Assembly: GCA_010909165.1 (NCBI GenBank)
Contig: MU008168.1
Location: 372,001 to 436,000 of the forward strand
Reading direction: 5' to 3'
Origin: Anthoceros angustus
Lineage: Eukaryota > Plantae > Anthocerotophyta
DNA: 64,000 bases
A program made the translations under genes and the position numbers. The notes beneath the pieces are model-generated. The model saw only the letters and a program-made list of their open reading frames with translations, was not told the origin of the DNA and ran no database searches. This document shows positions 1-12,979 of this stretch, piece by piece. How positions within the stretch are numbered: position 1 is the stretch's first letter; every line of letters starts with the position of its first letter.

Positions 1-603
1 GACGAAACAAATATAAATGGCTCAGTTGTCATTGAGCTCCAGGTATTCCAATGCTTGCGGGGGTCTCTTACGGACTAGTGCTTGAGCTGGAAGCTGCGTG
101 AAGGCACACAGCTTTCATATCCTCGGACAATGACCAAAAGGACTGGTAGAGAAAACAGGTATATTCCGTGTCCTACATATCCCGTCCTGACCAGGGTTAC
201 TGACCAGCAAGTTCAGGATGTTTGTTTGAAATTTACTGTGTTAGTGTCTGCACACAGAGCAGTCAGTGTGAACTGTTTCTCGTCTTGCAACAACTGGACG
301 AACAGGTCCAGCATAGACAAGGTTGAAGTGCCTGAAGTCTATGTGCAACGGGTATATTGGTTTGTTGATCTTGTTGCTTCTTCATGTTCCAGTGACGAGG
401 CAATGCAGGAAGATTCCGCAGTACTGGCCATCGAACTTGATGTTGATGAGATGACGAAACAAATATAAATGGCTCAGTTGTCATTGAGCTCCAGGTATTC
501 CAATGCTTGCGGGGGTCTCTTACGGACTAGTGCTTGAGCTGGAAGCTGCGTGAAGGCACACAGCTTTCATATCCTCGGACAATGACCAAAAGGACTGGTA
601 GAG
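1..603. repeat. Direct repeat with 452-bp period (1-151 repeated at 453-603); left copy cut by the window edge
   Basis: gacgaaacaaatataaatgg...ggactggtagag is identical at 1-151 and 453-603; ORFs at 82 and 534 start with the same peptide. Confidence 0.9.
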
Positions 604-758
604 CCAAAACGAGCGGTAAAGTTGCGTTCTCCGCCCAGGGTCCAATTGTGCTCAAGTTTCTCCGTAAACTTGGCAACCGGTTCTGCGAACCTCATTTCCT
701 TTTATCTGGTACCGAGGAATACGAGTAACTAGATCCGTTGTTGGAAACAAGCGGAGTT

Positions 759-1268
759 GATGTGTCTTGTTATCTGTGCGTTTTGGAGAAATGGAAATTC
801 AGTTCGGAACTGCGTCTAGGCAGCCCTGGCCAAGTAAGTGCCCCTGGAGCAATCCAAAATCGACGATATGTTGCACGTCACGGTCATTTAAAAGACTGTC
901 ACTCAGTCCACCCAACCAATCCCTTACTAGCCCTGGCTTGGGGGGTCACCTCGTCCTTCTCGATGTAAAAAGGAGGCGTTTTTCTCTCATCAGGGAGGTT
1001 GGGATTAGGAGGATGTGTTTTGTCATCTGTGCGTCTTGGAGACATGGAATTTTAGCTCGGAATTGCGTTTAGGCAGCTCTTAGTGAGGGAAGTGCCCCTG
1101 GAGCAATGGAAAATTGACAATATGTTGCACGTTTCCGTCGTTCTAAGAAATTATGTTGCTCAATCCCCCCAACCACTCTCTTACTAGCCCTGGCTTGGGA
1201 GATCACGTCCTTCTTGTCGATGTGAAAAGGGGGATGCAGTTTTCTCTTATCAGGGATGTTGGGATTCG
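759..1268. repeat. Diverged ~253-bp tandem duplication
   Basis: Blocks gatgtgt..tctgtgcgt, aagtgcccctggagcaat, atatgttgcacgt, cttactagccctggcttggg and tcaggga.gttgggatt occur twice in the same order (~759-1011 and ~1012-1268). Confidence 0.8.
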
Positions 1269-1675
1269 AAGCAGGCTCAGAACAGGAAGATTCGAGTCAG
1301 AGGTCATTGAAGGAGTAGACGAGGGCGCACCTTTTCCACTTTCTTGTCTTGTGGCATTCAAGATAGAGGGCATCTGCACGTTAAGAGTAATGAAGAGATA
1401 TCCACAAGTGCACACCAGCGACCAGCGAGTTGGTCTTAGGGAGAAGACGATTGCTAATCACATTTGGTTTTAAAAGTGATGGAGCAACATCTCTGCCATA
1501 CTCGACAATACTGGCCATACAATACTGGCCAGTATACTACATAGCTACATATCAAATTCGTCTACAAAGATCAAGACTAAAGCTCGCAACATTTCCCAGC
1601 CTATGATGTTGTCCAGCCGCTGCACTGACGATCTATATCCATGGAGATTTTCGTTTGTCTTGTCAAGATCAAGTT

Positions 1676-3058
1676 TCAACTGACTGCTAGTAGGCGGAAG
1701 GTGTCAAGAACAAAGTTCGCATCGGGCAGCTCTGGCATCTTGCTGACCACATTCGTGAATTCCTCAAAGGCGTATGGCCGGTAATGAGCAGGTCGGTCCG
1801 CCGACACTAGCTGAGGCGCCGCCGAGATGATCTGTTTTGGAATCGGCTGCACAAAGAAAGCGATTGACAAGCGATCCTTGTCGGTATTGACAGTCGCCCG
1901 ATGGTCGGCACTGGTGTACAGGTCATTGCTTACTGCCTGCAGACACACAAAGGGCAATGGGGCACAGGGAGCGGCAAATTCTTGTGAGTAATTATCAACA
2001 CAAGTGACGCTTGCAACGGTACTGAGTCGGTCGGAAGCAAGAATTCTCCCACACACCTGCATTGTGTCTCCTAAGTTGATCACGAACGCGTCCGGCCGGT
2101 TTGGCTCCACCGGAATCCACTCCCCGTCTTTCTTAACCTGCAAGCCAGGGACGTCACTGGGAAGCAGCACAGTGATGCTTCCCCAGTCCGCATGGCTTTT
2201 CACGCCCAGGGTCAGATCTGGCTCGGGGCACGTGGGATAGAAGTTCCAGGTCAGCAATTGGTCGAATGCCATCTCCCGCTCAAAGTAATCCACAGGGATG
2301 CCAAGATTTTCCGACACGACAGCCAGCAGCTTGTAAGCCAAAGCGTGGACGCCACGGAAATATTCCAGCACAGTCTCTCTGTGGTGACAAAGGCGATTGT
2401 TTATCAGCTGAAGTCCTGTGAGCGGAGTCATGCACTCAATTTCATCTAGCGACAGGACAAGGCAAATCAAACAACAGTCGTTGCGTACTTGTACAGAGAC
2501 AACGGCTTCTCCGGCCAGGCTCCGGGAGCCTGCTCCCAGCCAGGTTGAAATTTGTGCATCAGCACATCTCTCCAGTCCATGGTCGACTCCTCCTCACAAT
2601 AGACGGCCAGACTGCTGAAGAAAATGCCAGCAGCTGCATGCACGCCGGGCTTCGGCTGGAACGCCAGCTTCTCCTCGGCTGGGAGCTGGTGGAACCGCTC
2701 CGCCATGTCCCGGGCTCGATCGATCACGTCACGCGGCACGCCGTGGTTGATCACCTGCGGCACAGGATTTGAAATGGCTCAATGCTTGCAGCTTTCGAGG
2801 AAAATGCAGGCAGGTGCGCGGCTGCTGACGCCATACTTGGAAGAAGCCCCATTCTTTGCAGGCCTGGTGGATTTTGTCGAAGGTGGCGGCCCGGTCGGGG
2901 CCGTCTAGCTTGGACAGGTCAATGACAGGGAGGCGCTGCGAGTTGCGAGGGTCGGCCACCTTGGCATTGGCTCGCTCATGCAGGGGCCTGATGAACTGGC
3001 TCGGCACTGAGTCAAGCCCGCCGTCCACCAGCGCCTTCACTCCTGCCTCGGGTGCCAT
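1676..3058 (-). CDS. 2-oxoglutarate/Fe(II)-dependent dioxygenase (plant DOXC-type), 4 exons: 3058-2837, 2754-2489, 2378-2057, 1936-1676; 356 aa
   Basis: DIOX_N motif LPVIDLS...ACKEWGFFQ|VINHGV, then NFYPTCPEPDLTLG, HAD (HxD), distal H in DHRATVN, and RLS (RxS). All introns are GT-AG and exons sum to 1071 nt in frame. Confidence 0.93.
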
Positions 3059-3836
3059 ATCGTACCTACTCGGCCGTGGAAGAGTCTGTGCAGATAGGAA
3101 GCTTCGAATTCTCTAGCACTGACAGAGCAAGTTGTGCTGCGTTGTGAGCACTGGCAGTGGCGGTGGGCTTTTATCTCGACATTCCCAGTGACACGCACAA
3201 TCTTGACCAGCGACTGTAGGACTGCAGCTGGTGGGGAATGGGCCCATTATACCTTCTGCAGCGCATTGGAAAGTCTGCTGTCAGCGCCTGGCAGGTTGCG
3301 GAATGGGATTTGGCTATCACCGTGGTGGTGACCACCCGCTTTCCAAGCACGACGGGACTGCGCGGAGACGTCTGCCTAGTAATTACTCCCCCTCTCCCAG
3401 AGCATCCGCTTCCACGAACTCCACCCACATGTTTCGGATCACACCCATCGAAGTCTGGAGCTCGCAGCTCGCTCGAGGCCGTATGAGATCCGTCCACATT
3501 ATTCTGCTTTGTCTTTTCTTGTGAGCTTTGTCAGCCCGGGAACCTGGGAACCCGGGAACCCGGGAACGAGGTCGCTGGATCAATGAAACGGAGAAGCTGG
3601 TTACCACGCACTAACGACCAAGTAGTCGGAGGAAACAGGGATTTGAGCAACCATGCGAACGCAAGGAAACAACGGTGCAGAAGGACCGGCAAATTCTTGT
3701 GAGAAGTCTCAACAGAAAAAAGTGAGCACTGTAACAGTTACCGAATTGCTAGGGAGCATAGGTATGTATGCCTTGTGACTAGCTGTGCAGCACTGCAGAC
3801 TCCTCCGAGATGTTGCAAGCGCTTGGACAGCGGGTG

Positions 3837-4130
3837 TCAGTGGCATGCATCCCACTTCAAGTCCACTTCAAGTATTAATCCTCTGCAATTGGCACATGTG
3901 CGTCTTGCATGATGGTTATGCAACCATCGAGCAAGACATCGCTTGTGAAAGGAATGAGAACATGCATCCACTTGTGTGATTTCTTGATGTTTCTTAATTT
4001 CATCCCCACAAATGGTGCAATTCTTGACTTCGCCGCCATTACACATCCTTTGTCGTCACCTTGAATGTTATTCTAATTGAAGCTTCATCAGGATTTCCTT
4101 AAATGAATCCTTCGCTTCTTTGGAATAAAG
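3837..4130 (-). pseudogene. RING-H2 zinc finger gene fragment (E3 ligase-like)
   Basis: CTIC...CSHSFHKRC...W...CANC (C3H2C3) in ORF 3837-4046; upstream frameshifted SKEAKDSFKEILMKL; no complete 5' part found. Confidence 0.65.
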
Positions 4131-4139
4131 AATATTATG

Positions 4140-4673
4140 ATATTCTGGATGCAATGATATGCCATATATTCGATGAAAAATATATATAATCGTGGGTCGA
4201 GTAATTACCGTACCCTGAGGAGTGATTCGATATTAATTAATTAAAATTAATAAAAGTTTAAAATCCAGAAATTATTATACTTAAAATGTTGAATATGTAA
4301 AAATTTATGAGTTTAAGATGTCGAAAACGAGGAAACTAGAGTTTGTGTGAAAAATTAGGATTTTTTTAGGGGAGGTCTATACATATCCATTAGTTCTATA
4401 TAGATACCAATGTATTTTAATAAATTTTGAAATTTAATAAAATTATTTTTCATAAATTTTAAAATTTTAAAAAATATAAATATTTATGTTGAACCTTAGT
4501 TTTTTACAAAAAATAATTATTTCAGCATTATCCTGTTGAACCACCCCTCCGGGTACGCTAATTATTATCGGTAAAACAAGTTTTTCTTGATAATAAAATT
4601 GATAATAATTATTAATTGATATTACTATTTTATATGTTCAATAAATTTTATTAAATATAATATATATGGTATC
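4140..4673. other. Very AT-rich non-coding tract, insertion site of the outer LTR element
   Basis: Base composition; no ORFs; a similar AT-rich tract lies at ~60680-60780. Confidence 0.6.
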
Positions 4674-5243
4674 ATTAACACCCCTCAACTGCATGAGGAA
4701 GCGACAAGTCTTGGCTTCCGGTCTAGGACCTCATGATTCACTCCACAAGAGACTTGCGATTCTCAACGCTCTCAACCTCACGACACGACTAGGCTCCAAG
4801 TAGCCCGTCGTCCCGGACTCGCGGGCCACCTCCTCGAGGTGCTGCTCTTTATTACAAGAATACACGATGGAATCGGCTATCGCCCAGCTCACGCCTTGAT
4901 TCCATGACAAGCTCACTAGCTAGCTCTCCACGCTCTCTCAACACAAGGCTTGCCTTCTGCTCTCTCAAAGAGTGAGTAACTTGTAACTTGTTCCTCAAAG
5001 CCCTTGCTCTAGCCCTTATATATCCATGACTGACCTTAACTAGGCATTGTTAAATCTAGGGATTCTTACGGACCACTAATCACTAAGAGTCCTCTCTAGC
5101 GGCTCTTCATTTGTGGTAGCAATTCCTCTCTAACAAGAGATTGCATGAAGCATGCAACACATGCATCTTCTTAATAGGGCCTACTAACTTAGCTTTTACC
5201 TTTTCAACTTTTCACCTTTCTACCTTGTTTCACGGTCGTTACT
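4674..5243 (-). repeat. 3' LTR of the chromovirus-like element
   Basis: Co-linear with 57748-58353; adjacent PPT at 5244-5254 (minus strand cctggggagag). Confidence 0.9.
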
Positions 5244-5254
5244 CTCTCCCCAGG

Positions 5255-8200
5255 AAGATGTCATTGTCCTCAATGACCTCCGATGTAAGCGAGATCATCC
5301 ATGATCCTTGTTGCACATCTTCAAGTGAAACCAGACGGGGATCATAACCACGAAGCCTTACGGATACTACGGTACATTACCACGAGAGGCACTTCTCTCT
5401 GCCGAATTCAACAATCTCCATGAGACCATGATTGTGTTGAACCGGGATGACATAATCCTTCCTGTTCATATCTTCATTCTCTTCGAAATCACAAATGGTT
5501 TGACAAAGAGACATGAAACACATTATGAGAGAAGATCCATTCGAGCAATGTAGTTTGTAAGCCACATTTCCAATGCGCTTGAACTACGAAAGGTCCTCCA
5601 TACTTAGGCCTTAACTTTGAGGTCACCTTGTGGTAGTGGGAAATTCTTCAATTTCACCCACACCTTGTCTCCTACTTGAAACTCGCCTCTTGCTGTGCAC
5701 AGAAACTTCTTTTGCTGTCGAGCCTTGGCCAATATCTTCTTAGCAACTTCATGCACGGCCCTTAAGCGCTCAATGAATTCACGTGGTTCTCTTTCTTGTC
5801 TCAAACACGCTAGCATTCAACATGGAAACTACGTCCATTGCTTCGTTACATCATCCGAAAAGGTGTGTAGCACGTGGAGCTATGCATGTTATTATAACAA
5901 AATTACGCATCCTCAAGATGATTACTCCGATCTCGTTGGTCCATCATACATAGTGTCGTAAGTATTCTTCTTGGATTACATTCACCCTCTCTTGATCCAT
6001 CGTATCGGGGTGATGCGTGCTCATACATAATTGCACTCCTAAGCTCTTCATAATGTTGCCAAAACTCTGCATAAATCGGGATCTCTCACTCACAATCACA
6101 TAGTCCATGTAACACATATACATGCTTCTTGAACAATCGAGCAACTTGAGCTTTCACTCGCTTCTTTGTAGGGATGAAGTGTGCTTGCTTCTGAATCTAT
6201 CAACCACATCATGATAGTGTGTGTCCATTCTTGGGCAATGGCATAATGAAATCCATTGATATACTTTTCCAAGGCCCACTTGGAATAGGCGGGGTTGCAA
6301 CAAACCTCGATTATGCTCCACCTTATCCTGCGGATCTACACAAGACTTAACATACTCAACGGTATGCTTGTACATTCCAGCCAAGAAAGCCTTTCTCAAC
6401 TTCTCATAAGTTGGGTCAATTCCTCTATGACCACTTGGCACATCATGACACTCTGCAAGCAACTTCCTTCTCAACACATGAGAATCGGGAATCACAATCT
6501 GTTTTGCTTGAACATCAACAAGCCATTTCTAAGCTTAAACTTAGATCCGGTTGCTCCACTTCATTGATCCAATCACTGTACTAATGGATCTCGCAGATAA
6601 GCTTCCTTGATCTGCGTGTGAGTGTCCTTGGCTCAATCACCATACATGTTGCCTAGCTTAGGCCTCTTGACGTAAGCGGTTATCAAACTTAAACTCTTGC
6701 GACTCAAAGCATCCGCCACGAGATTCTCCTTCCACGGCTTGTACTTGATAGACACATCATACATTGCTAGGAAATCTTGCCATCTAGCTGTCTTGCGCTT
6801 AGTCGCGGTGATTTGTAAAGAAGCTCGTGCTTACATTATACATGTCTGACAAAAGATCTTCCTAGAAGATAATGTCTCCAAATCTTGAGACAATTGATGG
6901 CAGTCATCTCCTTTTCATAAGTGGGTACTTCCTTTCATGTTCATGCCTTCCTTGATTCGTAAGCCACCGCCTACCTTCTTGCATGAGCACTCCAATTGCA
7001 ATATCCGATGCATCGATATACTTCTATATCCTTCTTTGGATCATAGATTGCCAATCTTGGGGTAGTCTGAGTTTCAACTTCCTCGAATGCCCTCGACATT
7101 CATCATCCCACTTCCAAGCCTTCGCCTTCTTCAAGAGATCGATTAATGGGGCGCAATCTTGGCAAACATCGGTACAAATCTTACATACCACGCCAATCCC
7201 AAAAACATACGCACCTCGTGCACATTCGTTGGCGGCAGCCAACTCTGTATGGCCTTTACCTTATCAGGATCCATCCTGATACCATCCGCAGAGACAATGA
7301 ATCCTAGGAAGTCTATCTCTTCCTTAACAAAGTCACACTTTGTTATAGCTAAGAACAAAGAATTTGCTCTTAACCTTTCTAACACTTTCCTCAAGTGTTG
7401 GACATGCTCTTCCAAGGTAGAACTGTATATCATGATGTCATCCAAGTAGATCACAACACACTCATCCAACGGATCTCGAATATAGTATTCATGAGAGTCG
7501 AAGCGTGGTGTGCATTAGTGAGTCCAAATGGCATGACAAGGAACTCAAAAGATCCATACCTTGTTCTACAAGCGGTCTTGTATTCATGTCCTTCTACGAT
7601 GCGAATCTGGTAATAGCCTGCCATTAGATCCAACTTGGTGAAATACTTAGCACCTCTCAATCTGTCAAACAAGTCATCCATCCTTGGCAAAGGATAAGAA
7701 TTCTTCACTGTTATCTGATTGAGTGCTCTGTAATCCAAGCATAATCTCAATCCTCCATTCTTCTTGCGTGAACAACACTGGCGCACCAAATGGGGACTTT
7801 GAGATTCTCACATAGCCCTTGGCTAGCAGGTTAGACATCTGTCTCTTCAGCTCTTGTAGCTCATCCTGCGATAATCTATATGGCGCTCTTGAAGGCGGTG
7901 TACTTCACGGCTTGAGATCAATCTCATGATCTACAATTCTTCTAGGAGGTAAAGGAGGCAACTCATCGGGCATCAAGTCCTTGAACTCATTCAAGGCGGC
8001 ACTTCCTTGGAATCTTTGGCTCGAGACTCCATCTCAAGACCATCTTCTAGTCCTTGGCCAAGTAAAGAGTTCCTCTCCATCCTTTACACAACATTTGAGC
8101 TCTTTCTTAGAGATGATATCATCAATGTTGTCTCCAAGCCTCCTTGAGAAGGCGCACAACTCACTTTGTGCTCTTCATCTCCTAAGATCTGTATGGTGCG

Positions 8201-9029
8201 TGAGTCCACGTTCACACATACCTTGTTGGCCTTCATCCATTCTAAGCCCAAGATGATTTCATGATCATCCATATCTACAATGAAGCTCACGCTCCATTCC
8301 AATTCCCTATCTACGCAGCACTTCTTGCAATTCACCTTTGTGTTGCGCATTCCTTTAGCTTGTTTCACTCTACATGGCTCGGATGTACTAGCCCATGTCA
8401 AACCAAGCTTGCTTGCCTTGCTAGGAGAAATGAAATTATGTGTTCTTTGCTAAGTCAAGCAACATCCTCGCTCCATTTATACATCCATGTATGTACATGA
8501 GCTCTCCACCCGCCCTCGAATAGTCTTGTCCTCGGCTCGAGACTCACCACATGCGCCGCAGCATGTGGCCGATCCGTCATTTGGGATCCTCGGATCCGGC
8601 CACTTGTAATCCACGAGTCTTGAGTGTGGATCTCCTTACCTCGTTGAGAGTTTGACATTCGGGCATTCATTTGCATAATGTCGGCTCTCCACATGAGTAG
8701 CATACTCCTTTTCGAGAACCCATCTTGTTGTTCTCGAGCTCCACCTCTGCGCTCCTCGATTTCTTCATGAAATTTCCTCTTGAATTGCCTCTTGCAACTC
8801 CATTTCCGATGTCCTTAGACTCCTCTGCTAGCACTACTAGAGCTTCCTCTAGTTTGGGCATCACCACAGTCGCCTCGAAATCTTGGAGGAGTTGGATGTA
8901 CTAGAATGGAAAGTATCTGGGATGGCATCTGCAGCTGTAATGGCCTCTGCCAATGTAGTTGGACTATGCAACTCAATTCTGTTAACAGCCCAATCCTTCA
9001 AACCAGCTATGAAGCGATGCAGTTTGTCA
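5255..9029 (-). pseudogene. gag C-terminus and pol (RT, RNase H, integrase, probable chromodomain), frameshifted
   Basis: DDKLHRFIAGLK (gag); [43 protein letters not shown]; YLDD; HDVPSGHRG (INT zinc finger); degenerate VRLRGYDP..VSLEDV near 5300-5430. Confidence 0.88.
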
Positions 9030-9033
9030 TCTT

Positions 9034-9065
9034 AACACGATATCTTGTGAAGGGGGTGAATATTC
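9034..9065 (+). repeat. Left TIR of the Sola1-like element
   Basis: AACACGATATCTTGTGAAGGGGGTGAATATTC. Confidence 0.9.
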
Positions 9066-9358
9066 GAACCCCCTTCCGTGAAATGAAAACCCTCTTAGCA
9101 CATGACACACAGTCCCGAAATATGCGTTTTAGCTCTTTTTAAAGAAAGGTCGACCATGGTAGAACACGTTGTATTAAAAAAAAACGTATTCGCGCAACAA
9201 AGACATGAAAACGGATAGAGGGCGCCGGCGGCGGCGCCATTTCATTGTTTCTTTGGAACTGGCAAAACCGAAGACATCAATTGCCGCAATGGAACGGTTC
9301 CATAAAACATTACGAACTAAACGAAGCAGCAGATGCACATGAGATGAGAACACTAAGC

Positions 9359-10775
9359 CTATTCCCTAGGGCTAACTTGGGACTCGCCAGGGGGCAGAGA
9401 AAACTCCGAATCCATTACAATAGCCAGATTTCGCAAGCGCTCCACTTCCTCTTCATCAAAGCTATCGTTCTCCCCCAACGCCCTTGTGTCTTCCTGTTCT
9501 CTTGTGGCGTCGTCGTCAAGGGTCGGAAGTGCCACATATCAAAGTTTGCTGCCCATCGCCAAAAGATCACCGTTTTGGTCTTGGCCTTGCGTTTAAGGAA
9601 ACAACTGCTGCGAGTCCTTCACGATACACCTCCTTCGCCCGAGTGCATAAGACCTCTGCGGTGGGCGTCAAGCGTCGACTCTTCTTGAGAGCGGAACCTC
9701 ATGCCCGGCAATCCTGTGGTATGTATCACCGCACACCTCAAGTCACTAAAGATACAATTCGCCGCCTGAGGGGAAGCGATAACGTTGTCCCACTCCGGAG
9801 CATACGTCCAAAATCCAATCCCCTCTCGCGAAGGTTCGATAAGTTTCATCATAAGCCCGGAGGCCTCGGTATGGGCAAACTACCGACTTGTCTTGGGACA
9901 TGTACACTGTTTCTTCTGGCAAGTATCGTGTGCGATCACGGACCTCCATTGTTGAAAGTGCCGTGCATGGCATTAGGCATCATTGGAACTCTATCCTTGT
10001 GAATCCATCTCCCATGCCCCACCCTCGTGACATATTCCACGGTTTGAATCCACCCATCATTGTTCATGTTGGTCTTGTCCCATACAAATGAGACCAAGCC
10101 CCTTTCTTGCTCCACTTTTCGCATTGACTCCCTCACGGTGTGAGCCTCCTCCACACCATGCATGACAATCATTCTCAACTCATCCAGTAGTTTTCTCCAT
10201 AAAACTACGCAAAGCAGTGTCCATCATCATGTCAACTCGTTTGTCCAAGGGCCCAATTTGAAACCCCTTGGAGCGTCCATCACGTGTGTGCTTAGGCCTC
10301 TCGAAATCCTCGCATGTCCAAAACATCCACTTTCCACTTGGTATTGTACTTGTTTGTCGGATGGAACATTGAAGACCTCAATCCTTCCTCAAGGTCCTTG
10401 TCTGCAAAACCTGCTCGTCCTCCAGTCCTTTCAATTATTTACTTGAAAATGAAATGTTGGAAGACATCGGAAGTTTGGAAAGGACCTCAATATCCTTCGA
10501 TTCTTGCCAAACACATGATGGTTAGTCAAAGCAAAAGAAGCGAGAGGGCGGCGGCGCCTCCTCGAACACACATGGGCGGGAAACTAACCTTTCCAGCAAA
10601 AGCGGTTTGAAAGCGGGACAACATCCGTACATAATGCGGATATTCTTCTCGCACCTCGGTGAACGAAGAGCACCCGGTGTTTACCATAGCAACTTGTATG
10701 ACATGGAACTTCTTCCGCAGTGATCTCCTCGTCCATGCCCTTCAAATCAATAAGTCGATTAAAACTTTTACGCAT
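9359..10775 (-). pseudogene. 3' part of cargo gene: beta-class N4C/N6A DNA methyltransferase domain plus acidic tail (frameshifted)
   Basis: In order: VMDAPRGFKLGPW (DPPY-like motif IV, 10277-10266); FVWDKTN..QTVEYV; VCPY.RPPGLMMKLIE..R.GDWILDVCSGVG..IAS..NCIF (motifs X/I, 9730-9880); acidic tail ending at TAG 9359. Confidence 0.75.
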
Positions 10776-12979
10776 TGTGGTGACCACATGGGTACTCGAC
10801 CCCCTTGAAAGGAGTGTTTTTGTTTTGTGTTTAAGTTGTGAGAATCGTGTGGGGTTGGAATGTGAAGTAGGTTAGGAAATAAGAAAAGTCTACTAGAGCC
10901 TAGTAGGAGGAAGAGAGTCTAGTCCCGATCCCGGGCCGGAACCTTGGAGGGTTGGCTGGGCCGGTTGCTACTTGGTTGCTAGGGCCGTTGAAGCAGGACT
11001 GTTGCTATGACAACAACCGACTCGGGAGCTGTTGCTATGGTAGCAACCAAGTCGGAGTTATTTTCCGATAAATTCGGAAACCTATTTGGGCGAAATCACG
11101 AAATACCGAATAGTAGAGGGAACATGGAGGTACTTGATCCATGCCTTGACGGGCACTGGATCCTACCTATGGGTTGGACTCTTATGGAGGAGACTTTCAG
11201 CCGACCCATCCGAGTTCAAGAGCTCACCGAGGAGGAGTACCAGGCTATGCTGCGAGCACAAGAGAGGGAGGAGTCCAGCTCTGAGGAGGTGGAGATTTTG
11301 TGGGAGAGTTTGCCCAACCAGCCAAGAGGGAGGAGAGCAAGAGGAGAGCATGGGGCTAGGAGGCCTAGGAGGCCTAGGAGATAATAGGGGTAAGTGACCA
11401 CGAAATAGTCAGACCCATGTGCTATAGATGGTAAATCTTATCTCTCTCTTAGTGGGAATTAAGAGATAGGCCTCTAGGATGGTAGGCTAAGACCGATTGG
11501 TATTTTTGGCAAGCCAAGCTACTTTGTGGGCTGATCTTGGGTATAAGAGGCGGCCCTCTTGATGAAATGTAAGCAATGTTGGTTTAAGGTCTTGGTGTTT
11601 GTGAGCACGGGGTTTGGGGGTACCGATCCAAGGTCGTAAGTCTAGACATTGTTTCTTTGTCACGGAGAAGCCAAGAAGACCACCAAGTTGCCTAGATCGT
11701 GGCGGATCCGCAAGGGTGGTGGAAAGCAAGGGAGGGAGCCTTGAGGTCTCCTTGGAGGGAGTTTCCAAGGTCAAGAGGAAGGGGTTGTGAAGCCGGGAGG
11801 CTGGGACTCTTCCTCATTCCCTTCAGCTAGTCTAGTACTCACCTTGTGTTTTGAGTTTTCGGTGTGTTGGAGGTTGGGTGTTTCGGGAGAAGAGAGGCGG
11901 GAGCCCGTGTGTGAGGAGAAGACAAGGCGGGAGCCTGTGTGTGGAGGAGAAGTCAAGGAAAAAAGTGAGTTGGAGGCCGTGGGCTTGTGTGTTTGGAAAA
12001 TGAGAGGAAAAGTGAACGTGAGAGAAGTGGAGAATCGGACATGGAGAGTTGCTGATTGGCTGTTTGAGAGGAGTAAGAAGGACTGGAGAAGTCTGAGTGA
12101 TGTTTGTGTTGTTCGAAGAGAGGGAGTGGAGGTTGAAGATCCGTGAGTGGATGAGACGGAATGATTGCGGGGGTAGCCGAACAAGTATTTTGAGAGTTGG
12201 TGAAGTCTGTAAGGGCCTGGATGAGAACCTTGTAAGGACTGGAGAGGTGCTGTGAGTGGAAAGTGGAGATTGAATGGGGCGGTGAGGTGTGAGAACAAGG
12301 AGAGTTGAAGAGAGTTCTTTGGGAGACTTGGAGAGTGTGGGGAGGATGCGAGAGGCACCTCAAGGGGCTGAGAGCTGGAGAGGTCAGTATGGAGCTTGGA
12401 AGGTGAGCTGAAAGGCTGGAGGAGAGACAAGGAAGTCAAGAAGTGCTGCAAGAGAAAGGGGGTAGTTTGTGTGAGCTGCAACCCTTTATGCTGTGAGTTG
12501 TCCTAGGTTTAGGTTTAGAGATTGGGGTTAGGGCCGGCTGCTTAGGTTGTCCATAAATAGTGTGTGGAAAAGGTGACTCGTGGCTAACCCTGATTGGTGG
12601 ATCTAACTTTGTGGATAGATGAGAGAGAGGGTGTCCAACTTTATCCACTTGGATTCCCAAGGGGGATCCACCCTTCTATTAATAGCCGACTGATCCCAAG
12701 GTGGACCCCTCTGCTAAAATAGAGGGTGGTTGCTAAGATAGCAAGTCCGTTGCTAAGGTAGCAACAGGGTCGCGTGGCTAAGATAGCCATGTCCGAGTGT
12801 TGTTAGGATAGTAGCTGTGTATCGCTAGATGTTTGGTGAGTCTCGTGTTTGGTTGGATTGGCTATGTTTGGTTGTCTTGACACGAAATCACTCCCTTGGG
12901 TACGAATCTCAAGTCTACAACGATAAAGAGGGTAAATGTGGCCTCTTTGTGACCACTTGGTTTAGAAAATCACTCCACA
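10776..12979 (+). repeat. 5' LTR (~2.2 kb) of the Athila-like element
   Basis: TG...CA ends followed by PBS; homologous segments at ~13165-14873, 19402-19915, 20907-21985 and 21985-24138. Confidence 0.88.

Noticed and set aside
82-1473. Short ORFs at the window start as genes
   Set aside because: They lie in duplicated blocks with no recognisable domain; possibly a decayed gene, but unsupported.
1676-3058. Naming the dioxygenases F3H, FLS, ANS or DMR6
   Set aside because: Motifs (HADWG/HADFG) do not match any of these diagnostically; a phylogeny is needed.
11001-11047. RFX X-box interpretation of the GTTGCT dyads
   Set aside because: RFX factors are not known in plants and the conserved spacing differs; kept only as an unassigned dyad.
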